64,000 nucleotides of DNA from Gonapodya sp. JEL0774 (Eukaryota), in assembly GCA_027604505.1 (NCBI GenBank), contig JADIIX010000027.1, forward strand, positions 1-64,000. The letters are read 5' to 3'. The notes beneath the pieces are model-generated. The model made no database searches and was not told where the DNA came from. It saw only the letters and a program-made list of their open reading frames with translations. A program made the position numbers and the translations under genes. Below, one piece after another: positions 9,053 to 25,198 of the stretch (positions are counted from its first letter, which is position 1; each line of letters opens with the position of its first letter).

Positions 9053-9881
9053 TGGTGGCAGGGAGGGACAGCAGGAATGCAGGAAGTCGTGTGTGGAGAA
9101 TTCACAAATCACACAGCTTGGATCAGGGATGGGAGGCAGCTCCAAGTGAACTGAGAAGTGCGAAATTGTGGTTAGATGACTTCTTAGCCGTGCTTGCTGG
9201 CTGGACTGCTTTAGGTCTTGTCCCAGACTGCCAAACGGAATATCAACACTGGTCCTGCAAGAGATTTTGGTCACTATGTAGTTCTAACTCATGATATACC
9301 TTCATCATTAATGTGCAAAGATGATGATGGAGATCTGTTGCCTGTTTACTTTGGCTCTGTCACGACTGTGTGGAGCTTCCAATTCAAAGCGACGACTTTC
9401 CCTGCAATTATGCGCACTTGAAGGCCCCGTGGATATCAGAATTACTAGTCTTATTTTCCCTTTTATGGTGGTTCTTGGCTTGCCGTTCTGTTCAGAACCT
9501 GGCGAACTAAGTATCTGTTGGGACGTTATGTACATGAGTGCTAGTTGCAAACCGAACTTCAATTCACCGTCTTTCACTCAATTGTGAAACTCACCAATTT
9601 GTAGCAGCTCTCCTTGCCCCGCTTTTAATCGTTTCTATGTCCATTAGCACAGTATATATTCCGTAGCAAGTAGCATGGCCCAGTGCATCCGCCATACTCA
9701 CAGCACCGACGCTCCAGACCTCCAGCTTTTCATTCGTACAAACTGAGGAAGGAAGCTCCGTTCGACTTGTGGGAATCTTATTGAATCGTTCAGGGTTGCT
9801 GTGATGCGTCAAGCTCAGCCTCACAGATGGTCCAGGTCGGTGGTGCTCCCTAACGTCTCCCGTTCCCAACTTCAATCCAAG

Positions 9882-11192
9882 ATGGCTTCTGCAGCGGCTG
9901 CTCGTGGTCTTAATGACCAGGAGGTTCAACAGGCAAGCTATGCTCATTACGTTCTCGGCAATGGGTGGTGAATGCGTAATGATTGACCAAATCCGGGGAT
10001 TTTTGGTTGCCCCAAACGCCAATTCCCACGTTTTCCTGATAACTTCATACAGGAGATGAACAAGATGGTAGGATGGCTTCTTTGCTGGTGTCTTCTGTAC
10101 TTCTGTCTGAATCGATCTCCACCTCTGCATCAAACCTTCACACCCCCAGACCTCATTCATTAAGCAAGAAGCGCTCGAGAAGGCGCGTGAAATCAAAGTC
10201 AAAGCGGACGAGGAATTTAACATTGAGAAGGTATCGCTGCCAGTGGTGCATATTGCGTACGTCGATTCAATTTGGTTGTTTGGTACGCGCTTTTGATTCA
10301 CAGGCCAAGCTCGTTCGCCAAGAAACGTTGAATATCGAAGCATTTTACGAGAAAAAGCAAAAGCAGGCGGAAATTCAGAAGCGCATGTGAGCGAATCTCC
10401 TCGTCTTCCTGTTCACTTCACCGGAAACAAATTCATCATTCTGGCAACTCTCAGTACCCAGTCCACTCACGTGAACAAGTCACGTTTGAGGGTTTTGCAG
10501 ACTCGTCAAGCTCTCTTGAACCAGCTCATGGAGGAGGCGAAGCAGAATTTATTCAAACTCTCTGCTGACCAAACTAAATACCAGAAGCTACTGAAGGACC
10601 TCACGCTCCAGGTGCGACTCAGGTTTGATTCCCATGATTTCTCTGACTTGGAGGGCTCAACCTTTTGTCTTCATCCGTAGGGTTTGTACCAGCTCATGGA
10701 GAAGGATATAATCATTCAAGTTCGAAAGAAGGACGTTGCACTTCTTGAAGCTGTCCTACCCGCCGCCAAGAAGGAGTTTGAGGCCGCTTTGAAGATACCG
10801 TCGAACGCTGTCATAGACAAGACTAACTTTCTGCCCGACACCAGGTGCGTGTCACCCGTATGCTAAGAATTACAGAGTCTTGCGAACCCCTTAACTATTG
10901 GCTTCAGCGCCGGAGGGGTCGTTCTTTACGCTCTAGGTGACCGTGTCAAGTGCTCCAACACGTTGGAGAGCCGCCTTGAGATCCTCGGTGAGACTGCACT
11001 ACCCGATATGAGGACCATGCTGTGAGTCACCAATTAGGTACATATTTAATCATCGTCATTGAATGATCACTTTCAATCTTTCCTCCAAGTTTCGGTGGTA
11101 AGTTATGAGCATGCAGAGTGGTCCAATTGAGTTCGCATTCAATTTTGTGCTCCATCTTCGAAGTGTCCACCTCGAGGAAATTCTACTCGTAG
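9882..11192 (+). CDS. VMA4: V-type H+-ATPase subunit E
   Basis: Spliced: MASAAAARGLNDQEVQQ|EMNKM|TSFIKQEALEKAREIKVKADEEFNIEK|AKLVRQE...AGGVVL...CSNTLESRL...LFGVSTSRKFYS*. Confidence 0.96.
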
Positions 11193-11304
11193 TTTTGTCA
11201 TTACAAATGTATTGGGAATAGTGGAATCCGAGTGTATTCATTCATTGCTCATTTCGAGTTGTTCAATTGCGAGGACATACTGCGTACATAACCTATATTG
11301 CAAC

Positions 11305-14300
11305 ATGGCCGCAGGATGGGCGAATTTCGCGGAGACGGTGTTCTCGGAGGAAGCATTCGTAGAAGGAATTAGCGAACGCCTCGTGGAAGATTCGAGGAAG
11401 CAGAATCAAGGTGTGTTTCGGGTTGAATGAAGTTACACGCCTCAAGATTGACGTCTCATCACACGTCTCTTGACCACCCTATAGAGTTCAACCCAAAGGG
11501 CTTTATTAGAACTTTCGAATCAGCCGCTGAGGAGGTCACGAAACTTCGAAAATCAATGCTTCGGCGGATTGCCGATCTTGAAGACACAGCAGCAGCAGCA
11601 GACGCTTCTCGACGAAAACGACTAGGAGAGCTCAACGTAGTGTTCGAGGTGAATAATGGACATTCATTAGTGATCGCTTTAGTCGAACAGCTGTTTACGG
11701 GGAGACATTGCAGGAAGTTTATTCCGCATTTGATGGATTGGAGACCCGAATCGCGGAAATCGGAAACACTGCCGTTCGAGTCGGTACGTTGAAAAGGACA
11801 ACTAATTTCAATCTGCGTTATGAGATGGGTGAATTTGATGTCGCAGGTGAACAGCTCGAGGTCATAAACAAACAAAAGTCCAAAGCGTCTGAAGCCCGAG
11901 AGGTTATTCTGTACTTCCTCGAGATGCAACAAGGTGATACTCGGCGGCTGGAAGCATTGAGGCAAAGCGGGCAGGATGGTGAATACCGAGTCGCGGTGAT
12001 TTCACGGCGTCTGAGCGCAATAGCAAAGGAAGTTGATGCACCAGGAACTGAGAAGGTAGCCGTTTGCTGCATGCAATTTAAAGGGACCCTCTGGCGACTC
12101 ATAATTGTTAACTCTCAGACACGGGCCAACATCGAGCGTTACTGCGAGGAACTTGAAAAACGAATGCTCGATTCGTTTGACAAAGCTTACCGATCAGGAG
12201 ATGTGAAAGGGATGGCAGTGAGTTTTGCTTGATTGCTGATGTGCGAACGTACGGTTGGCAACAGGTCTTCACTTGCCACAGTACTCCGCCAAGACCCTCT
12301 ACGATTTTAATGGAGGTAGCTCGTGCGTGCAAGCTTACGTGAACCAACATGAATTTTTTATCGATCGGTGAGAACTGGTCCCCTTTACATCAAATCATGA
12401 GTGCAGAACAAATGCTTCCTGTGAAATAGCGCGAAAGTGGAGCTCGCGGAAAGCGATTCGTGAGAATCCTAATATGCCCCCGTTTCGTATCATGCGGCTC
12501 TAATCTTGCCCTAGCAATCTTGAGGAAGGCTTGGTTAAACTGTTCACTGATATCGAGGATACCATCAAGAGAGAATGGGAGGTTATGTGCATTGTGTTCC
12601 CAAATGCAGCCGCGGTAATGCAGCAATTTATTGGTCGTATATACGCTCAATCCGTGAGTAAACGCTTTATTCATTTGGATGTAGTTGTGCCTTTCACGGA
12701 ACGGATCCGCTGGTATTCCTTTCACAGGTCCAGACCTACGTCGAGAATATGTTAGAAAATGCGGGGAAAGAATCGAAGCAGGCGTACCTTCGGGGCCTTT
12801 CTACTGCTCACTCAATGTCTAGAGGCCTCGCCAAAAAGCTGAAGTTTGATGATGTCGGATCGAATCGTCGCTCTGGGGGTGTTGCCCTCAACGCCACGTC
12901 CATCGTGAACACTCTGGAGCGATGTCACGAAGACCTGTTCATTCCCTACACTGAAGGAGATCGTTATTTGCAACGAGAACTTAAATACCTCACAGAGCTG
13001 TACGAAAGGGAGCTATCGACTTTTATGGCTTATCATGTGAGCGAGATGATGTTTCCTCCCTCGACCAAAGTTTTGGTTCTTTGACGGATTTCTGTACAGA
13101 CTCTCCGCAAGCAGCAAGGGCGTCAGCATGTGTTGCTCACAACCCTCAGAGATGTCCAATCAGCTGCATCCAGCCAGCTGCTCTCTCTTTCAATTCCAGG
13201 TCTCTCCGCAAGCAGCGCCAAAGACTCCACAGAGCCGGTAAAACAGACGGCCGATGAACTTTTATCTCTTGAATCCAGCCTTCAGATCACTGCTGCTCAC
13301 GCTGAGGCGATCGCTCGTTGCGTGGAGCTCACGAAGCTCACCGATACGTGAGAAACATCCGCTCGAGAAGCTTTTAAAAGCGCGGCACCTTTCATAATGC
13401 ATTTATCTTGCCATTGCTAAACAGACCGCGTCATGTGCTTGCCCTGTTTAAGAGTTTGATTGATGGCGTTGGTCGACGATATGTGGAGGGAGCCATTGAT
13501 ATGTCAGCATCCAGGAGCGCTCACCATTCCTGAGGGTCAGGCACTAACCTTCTTCCATCTACGAATCCAGGGTGCTTGAAGATCTTAATTTAACCGACTC
13601 AAAAACAGAGCCCGCAGTACGGCATCTCACAGCCGTGAAAATTGCTAACCAAATCATGCAACTACTTCAACTTCATTCCCAGCAATTCATTGTAAGCCTT
13701 GCCGCAATTTGTCTAATGATTAAATGCTTCTCCAAAATTGGCGCATATCTTTCTTTGTCTGGTTTTCTCACTTTTAGGTACCATTCGTGAATCCGGCACC
13801 AACGCTACATCGCGAAATGGTGCTCTACAAGAATGGCTTTTTTGGAGATGTGGAAGAGAAAATCAATAAGCTTCTTGCAAAGCAAACTGATGGTGGGTGA
13901 AATGAGACCTTTCCGGAATCACAACGCCCAATGACACTCCACGGGACAGTCATAGTCAACTGGATGAGTTCTGTTCTCGGTAGACAAAAGAAGACTGAAT
14001 ATCGACCTAAGGAAGACGTAATGTCGTCGGGAATCACATCACTGGTGACTCCAACCTGTGTCCAACTGGAAACTTTCATCCGGCGAATTGCAGTGGAATG
14101 CCCGAAATCCCTCGATGGAGATAATTTGAGTAGTTTTATGCGTCAAGTCGGGAGTTCCTTTCACAGGTGAGAACCGTCTTCTGTTGGTAATTGCTGGCGT
14201 CATTTGGAATCGCGATCCAATGTCATAGTTTGTTGCTCGATCACCTTAAGAAAATTTCAGTAAGCACGATGGGTGGGCTTTTTCTCACAAAGGATCTTGC

Positions 14301-14511
14301 GACATACCAAGAAGCCGTTGCCGCCTTTAAGCAACCTGTCATTGATGAGAAGTTCGAACTCCTGAGACAGATTGGTAACCTGTTCGTTGTTCGACCCGAA
14401 AACCTCCGAACAGTCATAGGTGAAGGGTACTTGGCGAAGTTAGATCGGGAGCTACTCGTACCATATATAAACTGCAGGGCAGACTCCTCTTCCCTCGGAC
14501 ACTGGTGGTAA
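11305..14511 (+). CDS. SEC10: Exocyst complex component Sec10
   Basis: Multi-exon. N-terminal coiled coil with IGNTAVRV|GEQLE; ANIERYCEELEKRMLDSFDKAY; C-terminal KFELLRQIGNLFVVRPENLRT...YINCRAD. Confidence 0.9.
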
Positions 14512-14597
14512 TGGCTGGACCCAACACCGCACAATCGTTTTTGGAATCCGTATTATATATTGCTTCATCTCACCACGTGCATCCTTCAATCTATAAA

Positions 14598-17297
<2,700 letters not shown>

Positions 17298-17712
17298 TTT
17301 CGTCCTTTTGTGCAGGTGTTCGTCCGTTGTGGAAATCAAGCATATATTTCTTTATTTCTTTCCTGGGCCCACCCCGCCCACCTCACTGTGGACACCATCA
17401 ACAGTAACACATTTACATGACACTGGACTGGGATGCTCCATTGACAGATCTGTACATTCTAAAAAGTTTTGTCTTAAAACATAAAAAGTGGATCCCATTG
17501 AGCTCTTCGGAAAGCGAGAGAATCAGGGAGATGAAGGTTGCCTTCCTCAAGAGATATTTGGGCTGCAGACGGAGAAGCAGTTTCGGTGCTACAGGTACCT
17601 TACCTTGCGCGGGCACTTATTGTGGGGGTGTTCGCAGCGTGTCAGGCAGGATCTGATAGCCAAAAATGTATGCACTCCTTGCTCGCAACTATCAAACCAA
17701 GTACGTCCGACG

Positions 17713-19874
17713 ATGGGAGACACTCAGCCCTCGCCCGTACACCCACTGCAGCTCAAGGTCTGTTACCTTAACTCGTTTTCTTTCGCGGATTCATTCCAAC
17801 TCGGTCCACACTTCGATGCGTTCATATGCAAATTTGATCGATCGACATCGTTGCATTTCTGACTCTGAATGCCTTCGCGTGCAACGGCGGTGATCCTATC
17901 CTGAAACCACGCTGGCTACCAGGTGATGCGGCTCTCCGCACCAACATTTGTCCCTTCGTCCCCTGTTTTCGCCCACTCTCGCAAAGATAACCTAGTCTCC
18001 CTGGCACTAGATGCTATCGCGCTCTCGGACCCTCTCACACTCCGAGATTCGAATCCGTCAACATCATCACCCGCACCTCCCTGTCTCCCCTCAATCAATG
18101 CACCTCCTGTCCGTCTCCGTGACCTTGGCATATCCGATCTGCTCTCGCTGCCTACATCGTTTGGGACAATTTACTTGGGAGAAACATTTTCTTCATATAT
18201 CGCGATAAGCAATGAGTCGCAGAGCACAGTCAAGGATGTAGCCATCAAAATTGAGATGCAAACCACGGCGCACCGATTCACCTTAGTCGACACAACTGGG
18301 GGAATGCCCAACGCAAATGCCTCGTCGGCATCTCTGCCGAATGTACCAGTTATTGGAGGTGAGCGCACGTGGACTGTTTAGACGAGGGTGGATGGGTCGA
18401 GGTTTGCATCGTGAGCATAGTGGGTTGGAGGCACTATCATTCGAGATTGTTTTGAACGCATGGTGGTCTTGAATTCGAATTCTGGATTTGATTATCGTTG
18501 ATTGCGGGACAGTGCGCAAGTAGCATATGGCGTAGTCGTTAGACAATTCTCGATGAAGCTATCACAAGGCATCCATCAACTGACGCTGTTCCTGCATTCC
18601 ATTCCATTGCAGCGACTCCCCCATCCTCTGCTGCATTCGTAGACCTCCCTGCCCACCTAAACTCTGAACACGTTGTCCATCATGAAATCAAGGAGCTCGG
18701 CACCCATATTCTCGTGTGCTCCGTTCACTATACTCCCAACTCATCTTTGTCGCCCTCCCTGTCTTCCTCCCAAAATCCACCCACCCTGGACCGCCGCTCA
18801 TTCCGCAAATTTTACAAATTCCAAGTATCGAACCCACTGTCAGTGCGAACAAAGGTCCACTCCACGCCTGATGGTCGGGTTTTCCTTGAAGCGCAGGTCC
18901 AAAACGTGGCTCAGGTGCCGATGTTTGTGGAGAGAATGAGATTCGAGGCGAATCCCGTATTCGAATATAAGGATTTAAACTACGTGTGGTGCGATACAGG
19001 TGGCAGGGCAAAGGGTGGGGCGTATGCCGCCAGAGCGGCAGAAGGGACGAAGGGAAAGAGAGACGGAATCGGGAGCACCGCAGTGGAGTCGCCAGCATCT
19101 GACCCCAAGTCGAACTCTCAACCCCGTCACTCTGGCGGAGAAATTTTTCACGCTGTAGCAAACGGAGCGTTATCCCGTGGCCTCGACTCACATTTTGTTG
19201 CGGCAGGCAGTAATAGTGCTGGGGGTCTTGCAGACCGATTACTCAACGTCGTCCCCAGCGTTACCACCTCTTCCAATCTTCAATCAGGGACCCCAACCTC
19301 ACTCCACATTGAATCTGTTTTCGGCTCTTCCAATATACTCCACCCCACGGATGTCCGACAATACCTCTACCTTCTCTACCCTCGACCGGACCAACCCTTG
19401 ACCACCTCCCTTGTTGCGGCCACATTGGGCAAACTCGACATTCAATGGCGTGGCCCCATGGGGGAAATTGGGCGACTGCAAACTTCTCAACTTGGCCGGA
19501 AGGTTCCCGTTCTGGATGCACTTGAAGTCTTGCCCGTCGAGGTTCACGGCGGGTCTGTCGTGGTGTTGGAGCGTGCTTTCCGATGCAAGCTCCGCGTCCG
19601 CAACAATAATCCCTCCGATGCCATGCGCATAGTGGTCCACGCACCCTCAAAGAAACTGATGGGGTCTGTTCTCCTTAGAGGACCAAGCACCTACAATGTG
19701 GGCGACGTAGTCTCGGGTGGTGGCACCAGGGAGTGGGAGATGGAGTTCGTGCCCGTGGTGGCAGGATTGCACAGAATCGGGGGATTTAGGGTGCAAGACC
19801 TGATTTCTGGGCTTAGTAAGGAGGTTGACGGGGTTTGTGAGGTCTTTGTGGTGGTTGGCGATCCGGAACTGTGA
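17713..19874 (+). CDS. TRAPPC13: TRAPP complex subunit 13 (DUF974)
   Basis: HPLQLK|VMRLS; LPTSFGTIYLGETFSSYI; RKFYKFQVSNPLSVRTK; LGKLDIQWRGPMGEIGRLQTSQL. Confidence 0.92.
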
Positions 19875-20090
19875 TGTCATGTTGCGGATGGCGGGTCCGA
19901 GGACAGTGTTCACGAACGGGATTAATTATATTGGTTTGCACATGATCTCCTGGATTCCTTGTTCCATGTCTTGCAGCCCCATAGTGTTCAACTTGAGAAT
20001 TGAAATTCTGGGGCCAACTTGACCGCAGTTACTGAGTGGATCGTGGGATGACTCCCTTTATCATTTGACGAACAGTCTCACGCCACCAAA

Positions 20091-20983
20091 ATGTCCGGGC
20101 CGAATCAGGACGGAATCGCGAAGAATGAGAATGAAGTCACGGAGAAGGAAAAGAAGCCATTGGTTCCACAGCAAGGTGCGTTCTCTCCAGCTGCAGGTTT
20201 CCCGTGTTCTCTCTGACAATAGTTAAACACAACTGCGGTTGGGTCGATCGACAACTCTGTTGTCCGCTTCAGTCTTCAGTAATGATGGAAGCTTCTTGGA
20301 GAGATTCAAGGTCCGTGGTGGTTTACCAAACCAACATGCACGTGTGGAGCAAATCATCATTACACATCTTGATTACAACTGCAGCTTCTCAAGGGTATTG
20401 AAGATGAGAAGAAGAAGGCACAGGAATCACTAAAAAGGTGGGTCTCGACCAGGAAAGTCTGGCTTTCAGAGAGCAGGTTTGGGCCATGTTTCCCCGACGC
20501 AGTCAATCTGTTAATCCGGAGTTTCAAGCTCGTGGTGCGTCTTTTTGCTTTAACGGTGCGAGAGCGGAGACCAGGGAAATTCAAAGGAAACCATTGAGTT
20601 CCCTCTTTGCCCCCCAATATCAAACATGATCGCCGTGTTACTGATGCACTGAGTTTCTGCATGACTACTACATAATTATCACACCGCATTGCAATTTTTT
20701 TCTGGGTGAAGGCGTAGAGACTGGGAGGATTCCTTGGTGAGTTTCGTTTGTGAAGTTGCGTTTCTAGCAACCCATACATCTAAAAATTCATCTGGTCACT
20801 GCCACGTGCACTCTCACTTCTAAGAAACGACGCGGCAAGCGGAAGAAGGCCCAGGTTGGCGAGGATGGAGAGAAGGCGGGAGACGAGGCAGATGCTGCAG
20901 CGTCAGCATACCTCAAGGAGATGAAACAATATACGTCACGGTTACTCAAGGATGACACAGGCCCTAGACCATTGGTGAAGTGA
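20091..20983 (+). CDS. TRIR: Small TRIR/C19orf43-like protein
   Basis: Exons encode FSNDGSFLERFK, KRRGKRKK and C-terminal AYLKEMKQY...DDTGPRPLVK*, matching recalled TRIR motifs. Confidence 0.75.
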
Positions 20984-21131
20984 AATCGCAAAGTTGTTGG
21001 GATCCCAGGATTTTGTACAAAGGCACCACCACCGTGACAAACAATAAAAGTTCGAAACTAAAGATGCCCGCCGATCCTAAAATAACTTGCATTACTGTCA
21101 TACCTATCCCGCAAAGTCCATCTCCGCCTCC

Positions 21132-23249
21132 ATGGCCATCAGAACCTCCATCTGGGCTCGTATCGTAAGTGTGACGCCGAGATCAGTGATGATGCTCGAT
21201 GACCATCAATTACTCGGAATCGATAGGCTCTCGAGTCATTTTGACGATCGTTCAGCCTCGCCACACGGAGCAATACATGAAATGGCCCGCGGGAACACCC
21301 GAGAGAGCTTAATGGGTGCAATCAGGACCAAGTTTCAGATGGCGACAGACACGGAAGAGGATGGTGATTATAGAGACAATGACGTGTTCGACGAATCTGG
21401 TGCGTTGAGTAGCGATAGCAACAAACGGGATTAGTTAATGGATAGCCGTTCCAACAGAGCGGGATGCAGGATGGCCCAACTCGTCGACTTGCACTCTGGA
21501 TAAACGCCCGCTCTCTCCAACTCGTCTGGCAACCAAACTACCTTCAAGAACTTTGTTAAACCACGCCAATCGATTTCATCGGCGTTCGTCGTCACTCCCT
21601 CCTACTGCGACCCCCCGTCTCATAGATCTGATAAAGGAGCTTCGCACCCGTGCGGAGACTGCAGAGAAACTGCTTGAGCAGGAAAGGGGGAAGTGCAAAA
21701 TTTGGGAAGAGAGATCGGTGAAGGCTGAACAGGAGCTGGTGAGTTAGTACCAGGGAGATCAGCTGACAAGGTCCCAAAGGGAGCCAGATTAAAGTGATCC
21801 AAGGGTTCAAAACAGTCACCACTCATTATTTATCAAGGTTTTGATCTGGTGTGGATCCTGCTCCTGACTCTCAGTGGGAACGATTTGCTGCCTGAAACGA
21901 TACACTGACTCCGATTTTCCCAAGCATTCCACTCGCGCACACCTCACTCATCTCCGAGCACGTGTATCTCGTCTCGCTTTGGCTCGTTCGAATCCTACAA
22001 TGGACGGTCGAAACGTGGAGCTTGAGAGTACACTGGCCCGGATGAGAGAGGAGTTGTTGGCTGCCCTCGAAAAGGGGCAAGTTCATGAACAACGGCGAGT
22101 GGAGAGGGAAAAAACGAACGAGGCGAGTGAGAGGGAGAGAGAACGAAGGGAAGCGCTACAAAAGGCGAGAATTGGAGTGCTATCGATTTTTAAGTACAAT
22201 GAAACATCTGTCCACATGCTCCAGATACACAACCAAGACCTCGAAATCACACGTATCCGTGCAGAATTAGCTTCCAAGGTGAGAATATCCTGGCATGGCT
22301 CTCGGTAATCTCCTTTAACGTCGGCGTTTAACTCGAAGAGTCGCGAACTGTCACGTGCCTCATCCTCCTGCCATTTGTACCGCGAGGAACTTGCCCGCCA
22401 ACGCATTGAGTCCACTTCAAATGCCCGACATTCAATCTTGCTTGCCCAGCGCCTATCGGCAGTCCAAAGTTCTCTCACTGCACGTTCAGTGGCACTCAAA
22501 GAGGCTCTTTCAGCTTTGAAACGTAACAAAGACGAGTTGACGGGCGTTAAGAAGTCAGCTGAGGTCGCAAAGGCGCATGCAGAGGAGGCGAGGAGAGTTG
22601 CCAGGTTGGAACAGGCGAGAGGGAGGTTTAGGCAAAGAGCAACGTTCGAGGTAATCGCAATCCACAGTCCTTTTGAATTGCCAAGTACTCCTTTCTCCTG
22701 TCTCCTTGTTTATCAGACTACCGCTGCTAACCAGTCTCGCATCCGCTCACTCGAAAGGAAGAATGAAGTTATGAGTGTCCAGATGCAGGAGAAAGAGCGC
22801 CGAATCTGGGAGTGTGAGAGATTGCTTCGAATCAAAGAAGCGAAACTCACGGTGGTGTCGAAGAGCATGGCATCCAATGAAACACCAGCAATTAATGATA
22901 CGGTATTGGAAGCAGTGCCAGCTGCGGTACGATGCGACTCTTCGGAATTGCCTCCACCCATTCCACATGAAAAAACTCAGGCCCTGCACGAAACTTATGC
23001 GACGTCGTCACCGAACCCTTCTTTGAGCTCCGATGCAGGTTCCCATTGTCGACACTGTCCTACTGCTTTCACCAAACGTCGAACATCAGAGGATGCAGTA
23101 GCCGCTCGTGCTGCTGAAATTGCATCACAAGTAAGAGCGCAATTTGCCCTTTGCGCCTTTTCTTCAAGCCCGCACACAAGTCTTCATTCTCTCTCTCCAA
23201 GATTCTTCGTATTGATCCTTCTGCTCTACCGCTTTCCTTCGCGTCCTAG
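21132..23249 (+). CDS. Hypothetical coiled-coil protein
   Basis: Chain of E/R/K/L-rich heptad exons with GT-AG boundaries. Last exon 23202-23249. Start codon uncertain. Confidence 0.6.
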
Positions 23250-25092
23250 CAGATCGCCTCTTTTCCTAAAACGCTTGCAACTTTTGCCCCCGTGACACCT
23301 CGAATTCCTCCCTTTCCCTTGCCTTTACCAAACTTTTTGGATCGTGCCTCCACCACATCTCCTCCATCCAGTGCAAAGAAGGTAACTGTGCCCGCAGAGA
23401 CAAGTGAGATGATAAACCGCGTCACGCTCTTTGGAATTGTGGAGGAAAGGCTTGAAGATGTGCGTGCGGATGGAGTATGCGAAGGAGACTGCGATGGGTA
23501 CTTCAAAAGACCTCGAAATACCGAGGGGTCAAATGAGCTGAGCATAATGAAATAGAGCGTGGTCAAATACTTTATGTTCTAGCCAACCCCTCCCACAAAA
23601 AAAAAAATAAGATAAACGGCATGGAGTCCCCTCTCAGCGAGTACACAGTGCTCCGACCTTCGTTTACGGTTAGCTCTAATCGCCGCACCCTCAGAGTTAC
23701 TCACGTTGTAACAACGACTCGGAAGTGCGGCTCTCCAGGCATGCTTTTCCGAAATCCGTGTGCAGCGCGATAAACTAAGAAGTGCTCTCGCAAAGAGAAT
23801 GTGTGAATTTGAGTATCTGGTTTGCTTTTCCAGGTTGAGAGGGATGAAGACTTTAGTTGGGAAGAGCTCAGAAAGTGAGCCAGGACACAGGATTCAATCA
23901 GAGGCACACTCACCGTTCGCCACGGGAGGTAAAGCTGGTCGCCCACTAATCCGGTTATGGCACGGAATATCAGGAGTGGCGTCGCAAGGCGGTAGAGAGC
24001 GACTATATATTGTGGAAGGTAGTTGCTTCTTGAGGCCATCAGGAATTTGACAGTAGGAGTTACCAGCCTTTTAGCCCATCTGCCATCAGCTCTTTTCCAG
24101 TGGTCCAGGCATTCCTCGCCCAAACTAGCAGAGACTTCCAAAATTTTAAAGATACAGAAACCTCCTTCAATTTCACAGGCTTTACTGGCGGCATTGGGTA
24201 CAGCAAATCCGAGTTGTGGCGGAATACAACGAATCCGATGCGTTTGAGGTGGGTGTAGACCTGTCGTACAAGAGAAAGCCGCACCGTCCATGATGGGATT
24301 AAATGGCATCAGTTTTACTGCAATGTTTCTCCCGTTGGCGTACCTGATACTCGGATAGTGTCAGAAGTTGAAGGGGAAGTTCCGCGCCTTTCCTTGGCAG
24401 GGAAGTTGTCACTTTCGGCTCTGGATCCAGCAATAACGAGTAAGCTTGTTGCAGCGACACGATCACTGAGCTGATGCCAGCGGATGGTTCGTTCGAGTGT
24501 GTGAGCTCGATTTCAAGGGCGAGACGCCCAGTCTCCATCAGGAACAGGCATTCCTCTGGCAGGAGCCATGTGATACCCGCGACGGTTCGACCGAGAGAAT
24601 TAAATAGCGGACCGTGGGCAACGCGGACGCGAGCGAGCCGAACGGGGGGAAGGTAGGTTGCCACGGAGCACATTCGACTGAGCGAAGAGCAAAGCGAATC
24701 TTCAGTAGCACATTGAAGCTCGAAAAATAACTTATATTACACCTAGCAAGCATTCTCTCGTCGGCGATGACTTGTCTCACTGCTTCGTTTGCGTTTCTAA
24801 TCCATGCAATCTCCTCGTCTGAACCTAACGGTGTGGAGTCTTTCCCCGTGAGCAAACCAGCAGATATCCTCTTCGGATCCCTGATCGAGAAGAAAATGGC
24901 AGAGTAACAATAATTATTCAAGATTCATTTCGCGTCAAAAGTTCGTGGACCAGCTTTGAACACCAACGCGAAGATTCCCCCAGCCAGCGCTCCGTAATCC
25001 ACTCCTTCGTCTCCCTCCGCCACGATGTCTTCAGTCTTTTCCGCTGTTTGGGCAAGGGGATCGCTATCTTCGTCCGATTCATGGCCATTCAT
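23246..25092 (-). CDS. SEN54: tRNA-splicing endonuclease subunit Sen54
   Basis: WLLPEECLFLMETGRL; SLQQAYSLL; YQ|VYTHLKRIGFVVFRH; PHFRVVVT; last exon 23537-23246 with FIISLVSAGTVTF (splice phase matches). Confidence 0.85.
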
Positions 25093-25198
25093 AGTGAATC
25101 AGAGGAGTCACAAATAATTCTGTGCTCCGCATTGCCGTGGCCGCACATCGATTGAGACGCCAACGCTTTTCAAACACGAACTCTAACCTCCACTCGAC

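Noticed and set aside
9591..10343. 250-aa minus-strand ORF
   Set aside because: Mostly antisense to VMA4 exons and introns, with no recognisable product as a single ORF.
23292..23555. Plus-strand ORF as last exon of the coiled-coil gene
   Set aside because: It is antisense to the SEN54 terminal exon, which has the matching splice phase and family-like sequence.
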